64,000 nt of DNA from an uncultured Nitrososphaerales archaeon (GCA_963695855.1 CAVOHZ010000010.1:96001-160000), one strand, 5' to 3'; positions 22,485 to 34,024 are shown, counted from the stretch's first letter. Numbers and translations are program-made. Notes: generated by a model not told the origin, from the letters alone.

Positions 22485-24080
22485 TTAATTATCGCTGTTG
22501 TCATCACTATTATCATCTTCATTACCTTCCATGGGTACACATTCAAATTCATCTACTAATCCATCAACATCATTATCTATTTCATCTTCACAGATTTCAA
22601 CTGGCTCAACTTGACTTTTCTTTTTGTCTTCTTTGGTTTGGTCCTCTTCATCTACTTGCTCTTCTTCGTCTTGATCATCTTTTGCTTGTTGTTGTTTCTC
22701 TTCAGCTACTTGTTGTTTCTCTTCAGCTACTTGTTGTTTCTCTTCAGCTACTTGTTGTTTCTCTTCAGCTACTTGTTTTTCTTCCTGACCTTTTAATTCC
22801 GTACATTCTTCTTCATCAACCAGTCCATCTAGATCATTATCTTGTTCATCATCGCATATTTCTTGTGGTGCTAATTGACCTTCACCTATTTTATCCTGTG
22901 TGGAAATTCCTTCTTTTGCTTGTTGTTGTTTCTCTTCAGCTACTTGTTTTTCTTTAGCTAATTGTTGTTGTTCTTCTTCGTCTTGATCATCTTTTGCTTG
23001 TTGTTGTTTCTCTTCAGCTACCACATCACCTTCCACTTCTGCAATAGGCGGTTCTTCTCCTGCTGTCTCCTCCACCGTACCAGTAGTTTCATTGCCTATG
23101 GAAGTTTGGTTCTCCATTGGGCTTGGCACTTCCACAGGTGGAGTGATTTCTTGAGGTACTTGTGATGGTTGTGTTTGTCCCATTTCTTCAGTAGTTTGTT
23201 CCGACTCTGTAACAGCCTCACTGACTGTTTCATTTATGGGTACCTCTTCTGTCGGTATTTTTGTACCTGCAGGTTCTCCAGCCGTTGTTTCGTTTGAAAT
23301 TGGTGGAACGGTTTCTTCTGGTATTTCTTCTGATGGCTGCTGCTCTTGAATACCCGGACCCTGTATTGAAGGTGGGATGGATTTGGAAGCATTTATTACA
23401 GTTTGATTAACAAACTCCAAGACCTGTGTGTCTGGTGTCTCAGTCTCAGATATTACATCTTCTTCTTCGGTCTCTTCAGTAGCATTGACAGGCACCCCGG
23501 TTACATTTGCGCCAGTTGGTCCGCCTGGTAACGTTGTTGTGGTCTCATTTGTCACATCCGTCGCAGCCTGCTGTGCTGTAAATAATTGATCTAATCTTTG
23601 TTTTTCAAATTTAATATTAGAAGTATTAAAAGCCACCGTACCAGCATCATCACTAATAATTGACTCATTCTTGATTATTTCCTCGACGACACTCTTTATC
23701 GGATCCTCAAATGATGTAGCGTTTGGAATAATGGTTAAAGATTTTGTCTGATCTGTTTCATTATCAAAGACAAATTCTTGAAATTCCCTTTCAGTTAATG
23801 GAGGTAGCGGGTCTCTTTCTCCCTCGATAGCCGCCTGTTCTTGATCTAAAACTTCTTCCTCCGCCTCATCGGTAGGCGGAAGATCCCCTACTGAAATGGC
23901 ATCACTAGGGGGGGTTTGGGGTCCTCTTTCTGTTGTCGGTGGAGGAACAAAAGGAGCTATATCTCCCTTGAAGGATTTATCATTTTCTTGAGCCCAAATC
24001 GTATCGTAATTGGGGTTATTTATTAAAAGAATTGATAACGTCGCAAATATCAGAGATATAATAGTTAATCTTTGTCTCAT
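22485..24080 (-). CDS. Secreted acidic E/P/T-rich protein with two EICxDxxDNDxDGLVDE metal-binding-type motifs and QQVAEEK repeats
   Basis: Signal peptide, low complexity, 21-bp repeats near 22690-22775. Confidence 0.75.
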   Translation of the reverse strand: MRQRLTIISLIFATLSILLINNPNYDTIWAQENDKSFKGDIAPFVPPPTTERGPQTPPSDAISVGDLPPTDEAEEEVLDQEQAAIEGERDPLPPLTEREFQEFVFDNETDQTKSLTIIPNATSFEDPIKSVVEEIIKNESIISDDAGTVAFNTSNIKFEKQRLDQLFTAQQAATDVTNETTTTLPGGPTGANVTGVPVNATEETEEEDVISETETPDTQVLEFVNQTVINASKSIPPSIQGPGIQEQQPSEEIPEETVPPISNETTAGEPAGTKIPTEEVPINETVSEAVTESEQTTEEMGQTQPSQVPQEITPPVEVPSPMENQTSIGNETTGTVEETAGEEPPIAEVEGDVVAEEKQQQAKDDQDEEEQQQLAKEKQVAEEKQQQAKEGISTQDKIGEGQLAPQEICDDEQDNDLDGLVDEEECTELKGQEEKQVAEEKQQVAEEKQQVAEEKQQVAEEKQQQAKDDQDEEEQVDEEDQTKEDKKKSQVEPVEICEDEIDNDVDGLVDEFECVPMEGNEDDNSDDNSDN

Positions 24081-24267
24081 TTCAATAACTAAAGAATAGA
24101 AGTATACATCATTAATATAAATAATTCTTGATAATTGTTAAAGGAAGTTCTCGATTTACACGCCATTTATTTTTTATTTTTAGTACAGTCTCAAGCCAAA
24201 GAATACAAAAAAATGTTTCTCCGTAAATAAAAACTGCCTTAAAAAGAGTAAAAATTGTTAAACTATT

Positions 24268-25020
24268 TTAGAATACCTCACAATTTTTAGATTTTGTATC
24301 TCCTTCAAATTTGATATAATCAATGATAATATCGAATCCTTTTCCACAATGAAATTCATCTCCTCCTGGACCTCCTATCAATACATCTTTACCGGATTTT
24401 CCCCAGAGAATATCATCTCCAGAACCACCTATTAACAAGTCACGGTTATTTCCCCCATTTATCCAATCATCTCCAGCGTTACCTTCAATTCTATCATCGT
24501 CATCTTCTCCGTAGATTGCATCCTCTCCTTTGTTTCCTTGGATAATGTCATCGCCATCAAAACCTAAAATTTCGTCATCGCCAGAATTTCCCTGAATTAG
24601 ATCATCACCATTGTATCCATCAATGTAGTCATTTCCGCTGTTACCTTCAATTTTATCGCTTCCAGAATCCCCAAAGATATTATCTTTCCCGCTGTTACCT
24701 TCAATTCTATCTTTTCCAGAACCACCATCAAGATAGTCACCCTTGTCCCTTCCCCATATTTTGTCACTGTCTTCCAACCCAAAGATAGAATCTTTTTGGT
24801 TGGTCCCCTTAATCCTGTCTTCATCATCCGTACCTACGATAATTGCTCCATACGCTGATACGATGAATAGATTCATGCTGGTTAGCCCTAAAATTAGAAA
24901 TGTAAAGCCTATCAGTGAAAATGTTAACAAGGTTTTTTTTATCAAACTATAATCTACTACTCTAAAATCAATTTCAAAAATATAAAGATATTCATAGGCT
25001 ATCTTTGATTCCTTCGCCAC
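24268..25020 (-). CDS. RTX/hemolysin-type calcium-binding protein
   Basis: GxxGxD nonapeptide repeats after a hydrophobic segment. Confidence 0.85.
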   Translation of the reverse strand: MAKESKIAYEYLYIFEIDFRVVDYSLIKKTLLTFSLIGFTFLILGLTSMNLFIVSAYGAIIVGTDDEDRIKGTNQKDSIFGLEDSDKIWGRDKGDYLDGGSGKDRIEGNSGKDNIFGDSGSDKIEGNSGNDYIDGYNGDDLIQGNSGDDEILGFDGDDIIQGNKGEDAIYGEDDDDRIEGNAGDDWINGGNNRDLLIGGSGDDILWGKSGKDVLIGGPGGDEFHCGKGFDIIIDYIKFEGDTKSKNCEVF

Positions 25021-25106
25021 CGTATCTGTTAGAATGTTAAAATCCAGCCAAAATTGAAATTTTTAATTTAAAAGATAATTGAAAAAATAAAAGATACCCT
25101 ATTGTG

Positions 25107-25925
25107 TTATCTTGTTGTTATTGTTGTACTTTTTTGTTCCCTTTTCTTTTCTTTTGTAAAAAGATCGTATGCTTCCTTTACCTGATAATTCTCATGAACT
25201 ATAGATTTGACTGCTTTGATCATTGCTACTGGATAATCTGATTGCCAGATATTCCTTCCCATATCAACACCTGCCGCTCCATCTCTAATTGCTTTGAATG
25301 TAAGTTCTAGTGCATCGATTTCCTTTTCAAGTTTTTTTCCTCCAGCTATGATAACTGGAACTGGACATCCTTCGACAACTTTCTCAAAATTGTCGCAATA
25401 GTAGGTTTTAACAATATGTGCTCCTAATTCGGCGGCCACCCTGCATGCCAATCCCAGGTATCTTGCATCTCTGACCATATCTTTTCCAACTGCCGTTACC
25501 GCGAGAACTGGAATTCCATATTTTTCACCACAATCTACCAAGTTAGCTAGATTCGTAAGTGTCTGATGTTCATATTTTGAACCTACAAAAATAGACAGAG
25601 CAAGACATGAAACATTCAGCCTGATTGCTTCTTCTATAGATGTTGTGATTGTCTCATTAGCAAGATCCTGGCCTACAATACTTGTTCCCCCAGAAACTCT
25701 TAAAACGATTGGAACATCTGTACTAGGGTTTACTGATGTCCGTAGGACACCTCTTGTCAACATAAGTGAATCTGCATATGGTAATAATGGTTTGATAGTT
25801 CTATTAGGTACTTCCAACCTTTCCGTTGGCCCAAGAAAATAGCCATGATCGACCGCTAGCATCACGCACCGTCCATCATTTGGTTTGATGATCCTCGAAA
25901 TCCTATTTTTCATTCCCCAGTCCAT
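25107..25925 (-). CDS. lsrF: LsrF-like class I aldolase/thiolase (DhnA family)
   Basis: MDWGMKNR, LAVDHGYFLGP, IVKTYY, GVDMGRNIWQ. Confidence 0.85.
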   Translation of the reverse strand: MDWGMKNRISRIIKPNDGRCVMLAVDHGYFLGPTERLEVPNRTIKPLLPYADSLMLTRGVLRTSVNPSTDVPIVLRVSGGTSIVGQDLANETITTSIEEAIRLNVSCLALSIFVGSKYEHQTLTNLANLVDCGEKYGIPVLAVTAVGKDMVRDARYLGLACRVAAELGAHIVKTYYCDNFEKVVEGCPVPVIIAGGKKLEKEIDALELTFKAIRDGAAGVDMGRNIWQSDYPVAMIKAVKSIVHENYQVKEAYDLFTKEKKREQKSTTITTR

Positions 25926-26179
25926 TTAAAAATTCAAGATCCAGTTTTGTTTTATAACTATTTATATCTTATTTAGGCGAATTTTGAGCTTTACCCGTCA
26001 TTTTTTGGTCGACTAAAGACGGAGTTTCTGGAAAAAGATTATGAAAATTTCAGATATCAATTTTGTAGCAAATGAACTTAAACAATTGAAGAATTGAAGA
26101 TTTTAAATACATTACGAAAAGAAATGAGATTAAATATGTGAAAAATTAAATTGAAGGTTTTTCTCGTCCCAGAAAAAGG

Positions 26180-27223
26180 CTATTTTGATATAATAATTAC
26201 TTTCATGCAATCTTTTGCCTTGTGTGCACAATTGAAAGCATCTTGTGAATGGTCTAAATCAAATCGGTGTGTGATGAGAAAATCCAGATCGACTATTTTT
26301 TCTGCCAACAACTTAAGGGCTTCCTTGGTATCTACATCAGAAGCCGCGTAACTTGTCAAAAAAGAGAGTTCATTAGAATAGATTTTGGCAACATCGAATT
26401 GGAATTTACTTCCTTTCTTAGGGACTCCAAACAACATGACGGTTCCACCTTTTCTTACAATATCATAGCTGTTTGAAAGGGCATGCAAGCTACTTGTTGC
26501 TACGATAGAGAGGTCTACTCCTCTATTTGATATGTGTTCGTTTATAATCTCCACAAAATTTACTTGTTCAGGATTTATTGTAATAACATCCGGAAAATTT
26601 TTTTTGCAAAAATCAAGTCGAAACTGGTTTAAATCCAAAATAAATATTTTTCTGAAATCGTATAGCCTTGCAAGAGCGACAAGCATAAGCCCAGCTGGCC
26701 CTGCTCCAAAAATTGCTATAGAATCTCCTTTGTTTGAAGATTTTATCTTCTTAAAAGCCCTGATGCAACAGGCAAGTGGTTCAATTAAAGAAGCCTGTTC
26801 ATAGCTGACAGCATCTGGTAATTTAAGTACACCACCTCTGGAAACATTCCATTCAGGAACAAGGAATTCATTGGCCAGACCGCATGGTTCGAAATTACTT
26901 TTTTGGTAATGTTCGCACATTGTAAAATCTCCGTGTCGACAAAGGTGACAGGAATTACAACTGACATGATGATGGACAAAAACCCTATCACCAGGTTTGA
27001 AATCTTTAACATTTTCTCCTACTTTTACGATTTCACCTGCCGGTTCATGACCTAGCCTTGCTGAAGACATGCCATATCTTCCAAATACCTTCTCGAGATC
27101 AGAACCACAGATACCACAAGCTTTCATCCTGACAATTATATCTCCAGGAGAAGAAAGTTTTACCTTTCCATTTGAATTTGTTATACTTACAGTTCCATTT
27201 CCAGAAATTATTACGGATTTCAA
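26180..27223 (-). CDS. Zn-dependent medium-chain (sorbitol/threonine-like) dehydrogenase
   Basis: CGICGSD, GHE, CxxCxxC, EPLAC, GAGPAG. Confidence 0.9.
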   Translation of the reverse strand: MKSVIISGNGTVSITNSNGKVKLSSPGDIIVRMKACGICGSDLEKVFGRYGMSSARLGHEPAGEIVKVGENVKDFKPGDRVFVHHHVSCNSCHLCRHGDFTMCEHYQKSNFEPCGLANEFLVPEWNVSRGGVLKLPDAVSYEQASLIEPLACCIRAFKKIKSSNKGDSIAIFGAGPAGLMLVALARLYDFRKIFILDLNQFRLDFCKKNFPDVITINPEQVNFVEIINEHISNRGVDLSIVATSSLHALSNSYDIVRKGGTVMLFGVPKKGSKFQFDVAKIYSNELSFLTSYAASDVDTKEALKLLAEKIVDLDFLITHRFDLDHSQDAFNCAHKAKDCMKVIIISK

Positions 27224-27412
27224 GTGTTAGGTATCTTATCTTCAGACGACGGGATATAAAAAATATAGAATTTACTTCTTGTTTTTTGTTTTTATTTTTT
27301 ATTCGTTGTGATAATTTTCGCTTAGTCCACAAGGGAAAAGAAATTAGAAATACAAATAGAGCTCAATAAAAATGTGAATATTTGTCAACGAAAAATGCTC
27401 AATTTTAGAATT

Positions 27413-27559
27413 CTACACTTTGTCTTGATATTTTTTAGGCTTTCTTTTAAATATTCCCTTACAGCCCTCACAACAAAAGAAATATTTTTTATTTTGGTGT
27501 TCAAGAGTAACTGCTAAGTCTTCATCCATTTCTATACCACAGACAGGATCGATTGGCAT
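27413..27559 (-). CDS. YHS-domain small protein (48 aa), not in the ORF track
   Basis: MPIDPVCGIEMD...KYFFCCEGCKGIFKRKPKKY. Confidence 0.88.
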   Translation of the reverse strand: MPIDPVCGIEMDEDLAVTLEHQNKKYFFCCEGCKGIFKRKPKKYQDKV

Positions 27560-27793
27560 ATAATACTAGTTATCATTTTGTTTGTATTTATTTTTTTATG
27601 ATCCATTTTTTCTGTTGATAAAAATACAATTCTATGAAAAAACTGCATAAAATCAATTAATAAATTAAAAAAAATAAAAAAATAAAACTATTCTAAATAG
27701 GCAAAAAAGCTTTATTGTTTTAATTACCAAAATCGTCAACAATATTTTACAAAAAGAATATTAAGCGGATATGAGATCGTTTTAAGATATAAA

Positions 27794-27964
27794 ATGTCTT
27801 ATCCATGTATTGAAATTGTTTGTGAAAAGTGTGGTTCAACCCTAAACAGGATGATAAATTTAAAATCCATAAAGGATAGCATAAGACCTTTCAGCGGAAG
27901 GTGCAACAAATGCGGTGTATCAATGAATCCTTCTGACTTTACTTTAAAAGCCACTAAACAATAA
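27794..27964 (+). CDS. Small zinc-ribbon protein (56 aa), not in the ORF track
   Basis: CEKCG...CNKCG; TATA-like element upstream. Confidence 0.75.
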   Translation: MSYPCIEIVCEKCGSTLNRMINLKSIKDSIRPFSGRCNKCGVSMNPSDFTLKATKQ

Positions 27965-28059
27965 TATCATTTTTCTCTTTTATTTGATTTTGGTATTTCC
28001 CAAACAGATGACCATTATATGTTTCTAATTTAGCAGAAATAAATAAAATATTTTTTCAA

Positions 28060-28968
28060 TTACTGTTTTACCAGGCTAAAAAAAATTCCAAGCACATATG
28101 TCAGACAAAGACAGACTCCAAATAACCTGGAGAATGCAATGGTATTGGAAATGGAATTTACGGTTTTTTCTATATTGTTGTAACCATCCTTTAAATAAGT
28201 GACGGCCCTTATTGCAAAGGGAACTGTTATAAAAACTGAAAAAGCAAATACAGGGATATAATTCAAAAAAATTCCAATTACAGTCAAAGCATAAATTGCA
28301 CAGAAAATGCAGGGAAATATCATGGATCCTTTTTCTCTCCCAAAAAGAATAACCAAAGTTTTTCTACCCTTCGTCTTATCTGCATCATGGTCTGGAAATG
28401 ATGCGATAAATAATACAAGAGACGATAGCATTCCTATTATAAAACCCAAAAGTACAATAGAACTATCTATGATCTCGGTTTGAACATACGAAGTTCCTAC
28501 TACTATCATAGAACCTTTTATAGCAACGAGGGTCTCTCCAAGTCCTACATTAACGATTTTAGTAGAGTAGAAGTAAATTGAAAATACTGCGATAGCCAAA
28601 ATAACTGCTATTATGATTCCATTCTGAATAACAAAATAACTTCCTATTGAAAGTCCTACTATCATAAAAAAAAGACCAGCATTGTAAACATCTTTTGGTA
28701 CTAATTTTTTTTCTGGTAATACCCCTGTTCCTCCACTGTATTTGGTTCTTGTTGTGGTAGTATCTATCCCACGTTTATAATCCCAGTAGTCATTAAATAA
28801 ATCTACACTAGCATGTAAAAAAATAACTCCAATATAGGTTAAGAGAGCAGATAGCCAATCAAACTTTCCATAAGAATAAAAAGAGAATAATAGCGCGACA
28901 GTTATTCCAATTATTGAAGCAAGCAAAAATTTTATTCTAATGATCCGTAGCCAAACAGATAATATCAT
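28060..28968 (-). CDS. menA: UbiA-family prenyltransferase (1,4-dihydroxy-2-naphthoate prenyltransferase-like)
   Basis: NDYWDYKRGID, DHDADKTKGRKTL, multiple TM helices. Confidence 0.8.
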   Translation of the reverse strand: MILSVWLRIIRIKFLLASIIGITVALLFSFYSYGKFDWLSALLTYIGVIFLHASVDLFNDYWDYKRGIDTTTTRTKYSGGTGVLPEKKLVPKDVYNAGLFFMIVGLSIGSYFVIQNGIIIAVILAIAVFSIYFYSTKIVNVGLGETLVAIKGSMIVVGTSYVQTEIIDSSIVLLGFIIGMLSSLVLFIASFPDHDADKTKGRKTLVILFGREKGSMIFPCIFCAIYALTVIGIFLNYIPVFAFSVFITVPFAIRAVTYLKDGYNNIEKTVNSISNTIAFSRLFGVCLCLTYVLGIFFSLVKQ

Positions 28969-29048
28969 GTGTTGGATAGAATAAAGAAAGAATTTGTATT
29001 AATTGTTTTTAAATTGATCTTTTTAAAAGAAATAAAATACTTATCAAT

Positions 29049-29399
29049 TCAATCTTTATCATATTCGTCAACTGTTTTTTGAAATACAGCTAGTCGGATA
29101 TTTTGTGATAGAATCTTGTCTACAAGTCTTAAGAGATCGTTGATCTCATTTTCATTCACAACATTCTTGAGAGAATCCTGCAAATCTGTAATAATATCAG
29201 AAATTTCAAAATCTTGTCGATGTAGCACAATTACGACATAGCCGTATTTCTGAATGTTATTTGTTGAATTAGCAATAAACTCATCTACAGGAATCTTTAT
29301 TCTTGTCTCCTTATCAACACTATGATGATGGAAAAGAACCGTAGCTCGTCAATGTTATAATGAATTCTTTCTATCATTTTTTATTTCAGTGGATACCAT
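29049..29399 (-). pseudogene. Possible degraded hypothetical gene
   Basis: ATG at 29399 is in frame with an open stretch of about 100 codons, but TAA and TGA intervene near 29350. Confidence 0.3.
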
Positions 29400-29740
29400 T
29401 GTCTGATTTTTTTGACTTGTTTTCGAGAAAAAATTACTTTTGGTTTGGTGAAATTTAGTTTCTTAAAGTATATCGCTAATTATTTTTAAATCTAAATCGG
29501 TCATTACATTTTAGAGTCGAAGTAATAAGAAGAAAATATGACGGGATAACTCCGTCAGAGGTCAGCAGAATAACAAAGAAACTTCATTTCTTGAAAATAT
29601 CATATGAAAAAGCTTTAGAAACCTAAGACTTGGCAATATTTGAACAAAAAATCACAAAATTTTAGAAAAATAGGGAATGCTTTACGTTTTGAAGTGTTTG
29701 CAATAATATATAAATTATCTATATTCTATAGGGAAAAATA

Positions 29741-30166
29741 TTGATGTTTACCCATTATACTTTAGATAGAGCAAATTCTGTTTTACCCGAAGTAAGAAGG
29801 AAATTTAATGAGACGTTGTTGCAAAAAACCAAGGTCATCAATATTCAGGAGGAATTGCAAAATGTTATTGATTCCGAATCAGGATTTGAAAAGTATTTTA
29901 AAAAGAAGCAGGAACTAAATCATGCTGTTACTATTCTTTATCAGAAGATTGAGGAGATTGAGGATATGGGTATAATGATAAAGAGTGTCGATGAAGGTTT
30001 GCTAGATTTTCCTTCCATTAAGAATGATGAGGAGATATGGCTTTGTTGGAAGTATGGAGAAGAAAGGATAAAATTTTGGCACCGAAAGGATGAGGGTTTT
30101 AAGGGAAGAAAACCTATACCACAAAAAGGATTTAACCTTATCGATGATTTGGCAGACCTAAGATAA
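29741..30166 (+). CDS. DUF2203-family protein
   Basis: GLLDFPS...IWLCWKYGE...FWH...GFKGRKP. Confidence 0.85.
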   Translation: MMFTHYTLDRANSVLPEVRRKFNETLLQKTKVINIQEELQNVIDSESGFEKYFKKKQELNHAVTILYQKIEEIEDMGIMIKSVDEGLLDFPSIKNDEEIWLCWKYGEERIKFWHRKDEGFKGRKPIPQKGFNLIDDLADLR

Positions 30167-30274
30167 CCATAATAATATTATTGAACATAAAAAGACACAG
30201 ATAATCGTAATAAATAAAAAAAGAAAGAAAAAATATAAAAACGATTTTTTAACATGTTAATGCAGTATAGATAA

Positions 30275-31831
30275 ATGCAGATTCAAAATAAAATACAATT
30301 AGTTCGTCAGCATGGACACTTTGAATCATTCAATATCTGCATGTCTGCATTGGAAGCAGCTTTGCAATCTGTGGATCCCTATGAATTAGTAAAAAAATCT
30401 GTGCATATTAAAAAAAATGTCAAAAAAAATAATAAAGAAACTGCAAAGAACAATGATAACAATTTGTTAATCATAAAAGATGTAAATTCTAAGGAGTTTA
30501 AGTTTGATCTTACAGCCTTTGACTCCATTCATGCTGTTGGGGCAGGGAAAGCAACTGCCAGGATGGCCATAGCTATAGAAGACATCCTAGATGAAAAGAA
30601 CATAAATTTGAATTCAGGAGCAATAAATGTACCATACAAAGAAAAGAGTAGACCAAAAAAGATCAAAGCGACTTTAGCTTCTCATCCTGTGCCAGATGAG
30701 AAGAGCACACAGGGTACAAAAACCATAATTGATCTACTTGGGAAAATTAAAGGTAGACCTCTTGTGTTTGTATTGATTTCAGGAGGCGCCTCTTCGTTAC
30801 TTTGTTATCCTATTGACGGATTGGATCTAAAATCAAAACAAGAGATAACGGAAATGTTATTAAAATCGGGAGCCTCTATCCATGAAATAAACATAATAAG
30901 GAAACATCTTTCCAAGGTCAAAGGAGGCAATCTTGTAAGGTATGCAAACGATAATGCTATCCTCGTGACTTTGATTTTGTCAGATGTAGTAGGAGATGAT
31001 TTAAACATAATTGGGTCCGGACCGACAGTGGGAGATGATTCCACTTACAATGACGCGATAGAAATCTTGAAAAAATACAAATTATGGGATCCTATTGACA
31101 AGAGAAAGAAGATCAGAAAGATAAGAACTATTCTTGAAAAAGGATCTCTGGGTCTTATTCCAGAAGTACCAAGGCAACAAGATCCAATATTTAAGAAAGT
31201 CAGCAATATTTTGATAGGAAATAATGAAATTGCATGCAGAGCAGCGGTTTCAGACATTAGAAAATATGGAATAAATCCAATATATTTGGGATCACAATTT
31301 GTGTCCGAAGCCAAAATATTTGGAAAAGAACTAGCAAATATTCTGTTAAATAGGAAAATAGAGGATAACGTCCCTGAAGGTTATAACGAAATAACAGCAC
31401 ATAGAAAATCGAAAGTAAATATAGCTGCATTCGTTCTTGGGGGTGAGACGGTTGTTAAAATAGAGTCACCTGACAGCAAAGCAAACAAGGATGTTACAGG
31501 AATAGATAAGAAAGAGAATATTTTAACGGGAATAGGAGGAAGAAACCAGGAGGCAATTCTTGTGGCGTCACAATATTTGAAATCGATGAACCTGTCTGAT
31601 TTTACCATACTCTGTTGTGGCACAGATGGAATAGATGGAAATTCAGATTTTGCCGGCGGTATAATTACTCCTGCAACAATAGACTTTATAAACAGAAAAA
31701 AAATCAATCTTGATAAATATTTACAATTTCATGACAGTAGCTCATATCTTAAGAGGGTGAAGTCAGATATAAAAACAGGAAGGACAGGAACAAACGTAAA
31801 CGATATAGCTATAATTTGTAGAATAAAATGA
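30275..31831 (+). CDS. Glycerate 2-kinase (type-2/MOFRL family)
   Basis: GAGKA, LISGGAS, RKHLSKVKGG, GGRNQE, GTDGIDG, TGTNVND. Confidence 0.9.
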   Translation: MQIQNKIQLVRQHGHFESFNICMSALEAALQSVDPYELVKKSVHIKKNVKKNNKETAKNNDNNLLIIKDVNSKEFKFDLTAFDSIHAVGAGKATARMAIAIEDILDEKNINLNSGAINVPYKEKSRPKKIKATLASHPVPDEKSTQGTKTIIDLLGKIKGRPLVFVLISGGASSLLCYPIDGLDLKSKQEITEMLLKSGASIHEINIIRKHLSKVKGGNLVRYANDNAILVTLILSDVVGDDLNIIGSGPTVGDDSTYNDAIEILKKYKLWDPIDKRKKIRKIRTILEKGSLGLIPEVPRQQDPIFKKVSNILIGNNEIACRAAVSDIRKYGINPIYLGSQFVSEAKIFGKELANILLNRKIEDNVPEGYNEITAHRKSKVNIAAFVLGGETVVKIESPDSKANKDVTGIDKKENILTGIGGRNQEAILVASQYLKSMNLSDFTILCCGTDGIDGNSDFAGGIITPATIDFINRKKINLDKYLQFHDSSSYLKRVKSDIKTGRTGTNVNDIAIICRIK

Positions 31832-31930
31832 TCATGTTTTACAATTTTTTATAGTATTTTCGCTATTCTCTTTTGCAATTATAATTATTTTGATCTATAT
31901 GGATCTAATTGTTTTAAATTATATTTTTTA

Positions 31931-33000
31931 CTATACTGACTAACTAAACTTTGTAGATATACTTTTAGCTAACTGTTATCTATAGACATTCAATAATTGA
32001 GAACGTCTAAACTAGATGTAGCATATAATAGAGAAAAAGATGCAGATGTAAAGGAAAGAATACTGCTTATTAGACGTATATTAGAAGACAAAAAGTACAT
32101 AGAAGACGTAGCAAAAGAATTGCATAGATCCAGAGCATGGGCTTACAAGTGGTACAAAAGATATAACGAAAATGGATTAGATGGATTGAAAGATAAGGAA
32201 AGAAGTGGTAGACCTCCAGATGTACCAAAAGAGATAATGGTAAAGATACAAAAAGAACTAACAGATAGTAATACAGGATGGGATTTCAGACAGGTAATGG
32301 ATTTAATATACAACAGAACTGGAGTCAGATATCATGAGGTACATATTTATCGTCTATTACACAAATGGGGTTTCAAATCTAAAGTACCGCAGAAAAGGTT
32401 TGTAAATACTGCCTCAGCAAAGGACAAAATGAAATTCAAAAAAGAGTAAAACAGATTCTAGCCAATTTAAAATCAGATTGGACTGTACTTGTACAGGATG
32501 AATCCATCTTTGTATATGATTATCTGATAAGAAGAAAGAAATGGATTTCTGCAGGAAAAAGACCGATAGTTATAGTTACTGGTTCTCGTAAGAAAACTAT
32601 TGTTTTTGGCAGTCTATCTTTCGATGGTAAACAGTTAGTCAAACAATATGATAAATTTAACAGCAATACATTTGTTGATTATCTAAAACATGTACAGAAA
32701 AGATTTGGTAAATACATCATATTTGTTGATAGAGCTACACCTCACTGTTCAAACATTACAAGAAGATTTCTTGATACTAATAAGGATACCATCAGACTGG
32801 AATATTTTCCTGTTGGTTCTCCTGAATTTAATGCAGTAGAAGAATGCTGGAGACAAGGTAAGTATTACATTCTATCTAATTACTACTCCAATTTCAAGAA
32901 TCTCAAATATACAATAACAAGGTATTATAGAACCAAAAGATTCCAACTAGACATAACAAAATATCTCTTAAGGTCTACGAACTAATGTTATTGAGTATAG
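31931..33000 (+). mobile_element. IS630-family element, apparently intact
   Basis: TIRs CTATACTGACTAAC / GTTATTGAGTATAG flanked by TA at both ends. Confidence 0.9.
31997..32985 (+). CDS. IS630 transposase: orfA (HTH) joined to orfB (DDE) by a probable -1 frameshift
   Basis: orfA ends at TTCAAAAAAGAGTAA; the -1 frame continues with QDES...VDRA...SPEFNAVEECW to TAA 32983-32985. Confidence 0.85.
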
Positions 33001-33054
33001 TAGCAATTTTAAATTTGTAAATTATTGATTGATTTGCTTTAATGTTTTTTTGGT

Positions 33055-33948
33055 TCAGATCTCTCTTAATGAAACGTCTCCAAAAAAAACTTTATCAACA
33101 ACAATATGACCTCCTTCGTTTCTTTCTATAACTAGAGAACCATCATCATCGATTTCTTTCGCAAAACCACAATATCTGATTTCACCCTTATCATATATAC
33201 ATATCCTCTTGCCTATAGTTTCACATAGACTTTTGTACTTTTCTATCAAAATGGACATATTTGCATTATAAAGGGATTCTTGGTCTTGTTCTATAGAAAA
33301 AAGATAAAACTCTATCTTTTCCAGAATGTCTTTTAATATTTTTAATTTGTCTAATTTTTGGTTATTTAGTTCATCTTTAAGTGAGGTTACATCAAGAGTT
33401 AGATGATTATTAGTTTTTTTTGTATTTTCATGTTCATATTTTCTTCTTTTTTGTAATTCGTTCCTAGTAGCAATACTATCGGTATTGACGTTTATTCCTA
33501 TTCCAATAACTAGATAATCTATTTTGGAATCTTTAATCCCGATGTCAAGTAGTATTCCCGCTACCTTTTTTGAATTAATCAAAATATCATTAGGCCATTT
33601 GATTTTAGCGTTTAAATTTGTGAGAGCGTTTATTGTTTCACATACAGATGTTGCCGATAGCATTTGAATCAGATTGGTAATTGAGGCAGGAATATTTGGT
33701 TTTATAAGCATTATAGAAAACCATAGCCCTCCAGTATTTGACACCCATTTTCTTTCTGCTCTTCCTTTTCCTGCTGTTTGTTCATCAGAAAGAATAACGA
33801 GGCCTTTTAAATGGCTATTACCTCTTTCTTTGGAATTATTGATCAGAGATAACGCCAGATCCTGTGTTGAAGATATTTTCTTGTACCTGTGTATCTCTCT
33901 TCCAATTAATCTATTCTTATGACATAGTTCCAGAATTTCATAACTCAA
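33055..33948 (-). CDS. birA: Biotin-protein ligase
   Basis: STQD, QTAGKGR..RKW, KWPND, KVAGIL, GIGIN; no N-terminal HTH. Confidence 0.92.
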   Translation of the reverse strand: MSYEILELCHKNRLIGREIHRYKKISSTQDLALSLINNSKERGNSHLKGLVILSDEQTAGKGRAERKWVSNTGGLWFSIMLIKPNIPASITNLIQMLSATSVCETINALTNLNAKIKWPNDILINSKKVAGILLDIGIKDSKIDYLVIGIGINVNTDSIATRNELQKRRKYEHENTKKTNNHLTLDVTSLKDELNNQKLDKLKILKDILEKIEFYLFSIEQDQESLYNANMSILIEKYKSLCETIGKRICIYDKGEIRYCGFAKEIDDDGSLVIERNEGGHIVVDKVFFGDVSLREI

Positions 33949-34024
33949 AAGTTATTGGTTTAAAACATATAGTCATATATATTTAAGATCACTTAAAAAA
34001 TAAGAAAAAAATTTCTTATTCGAT

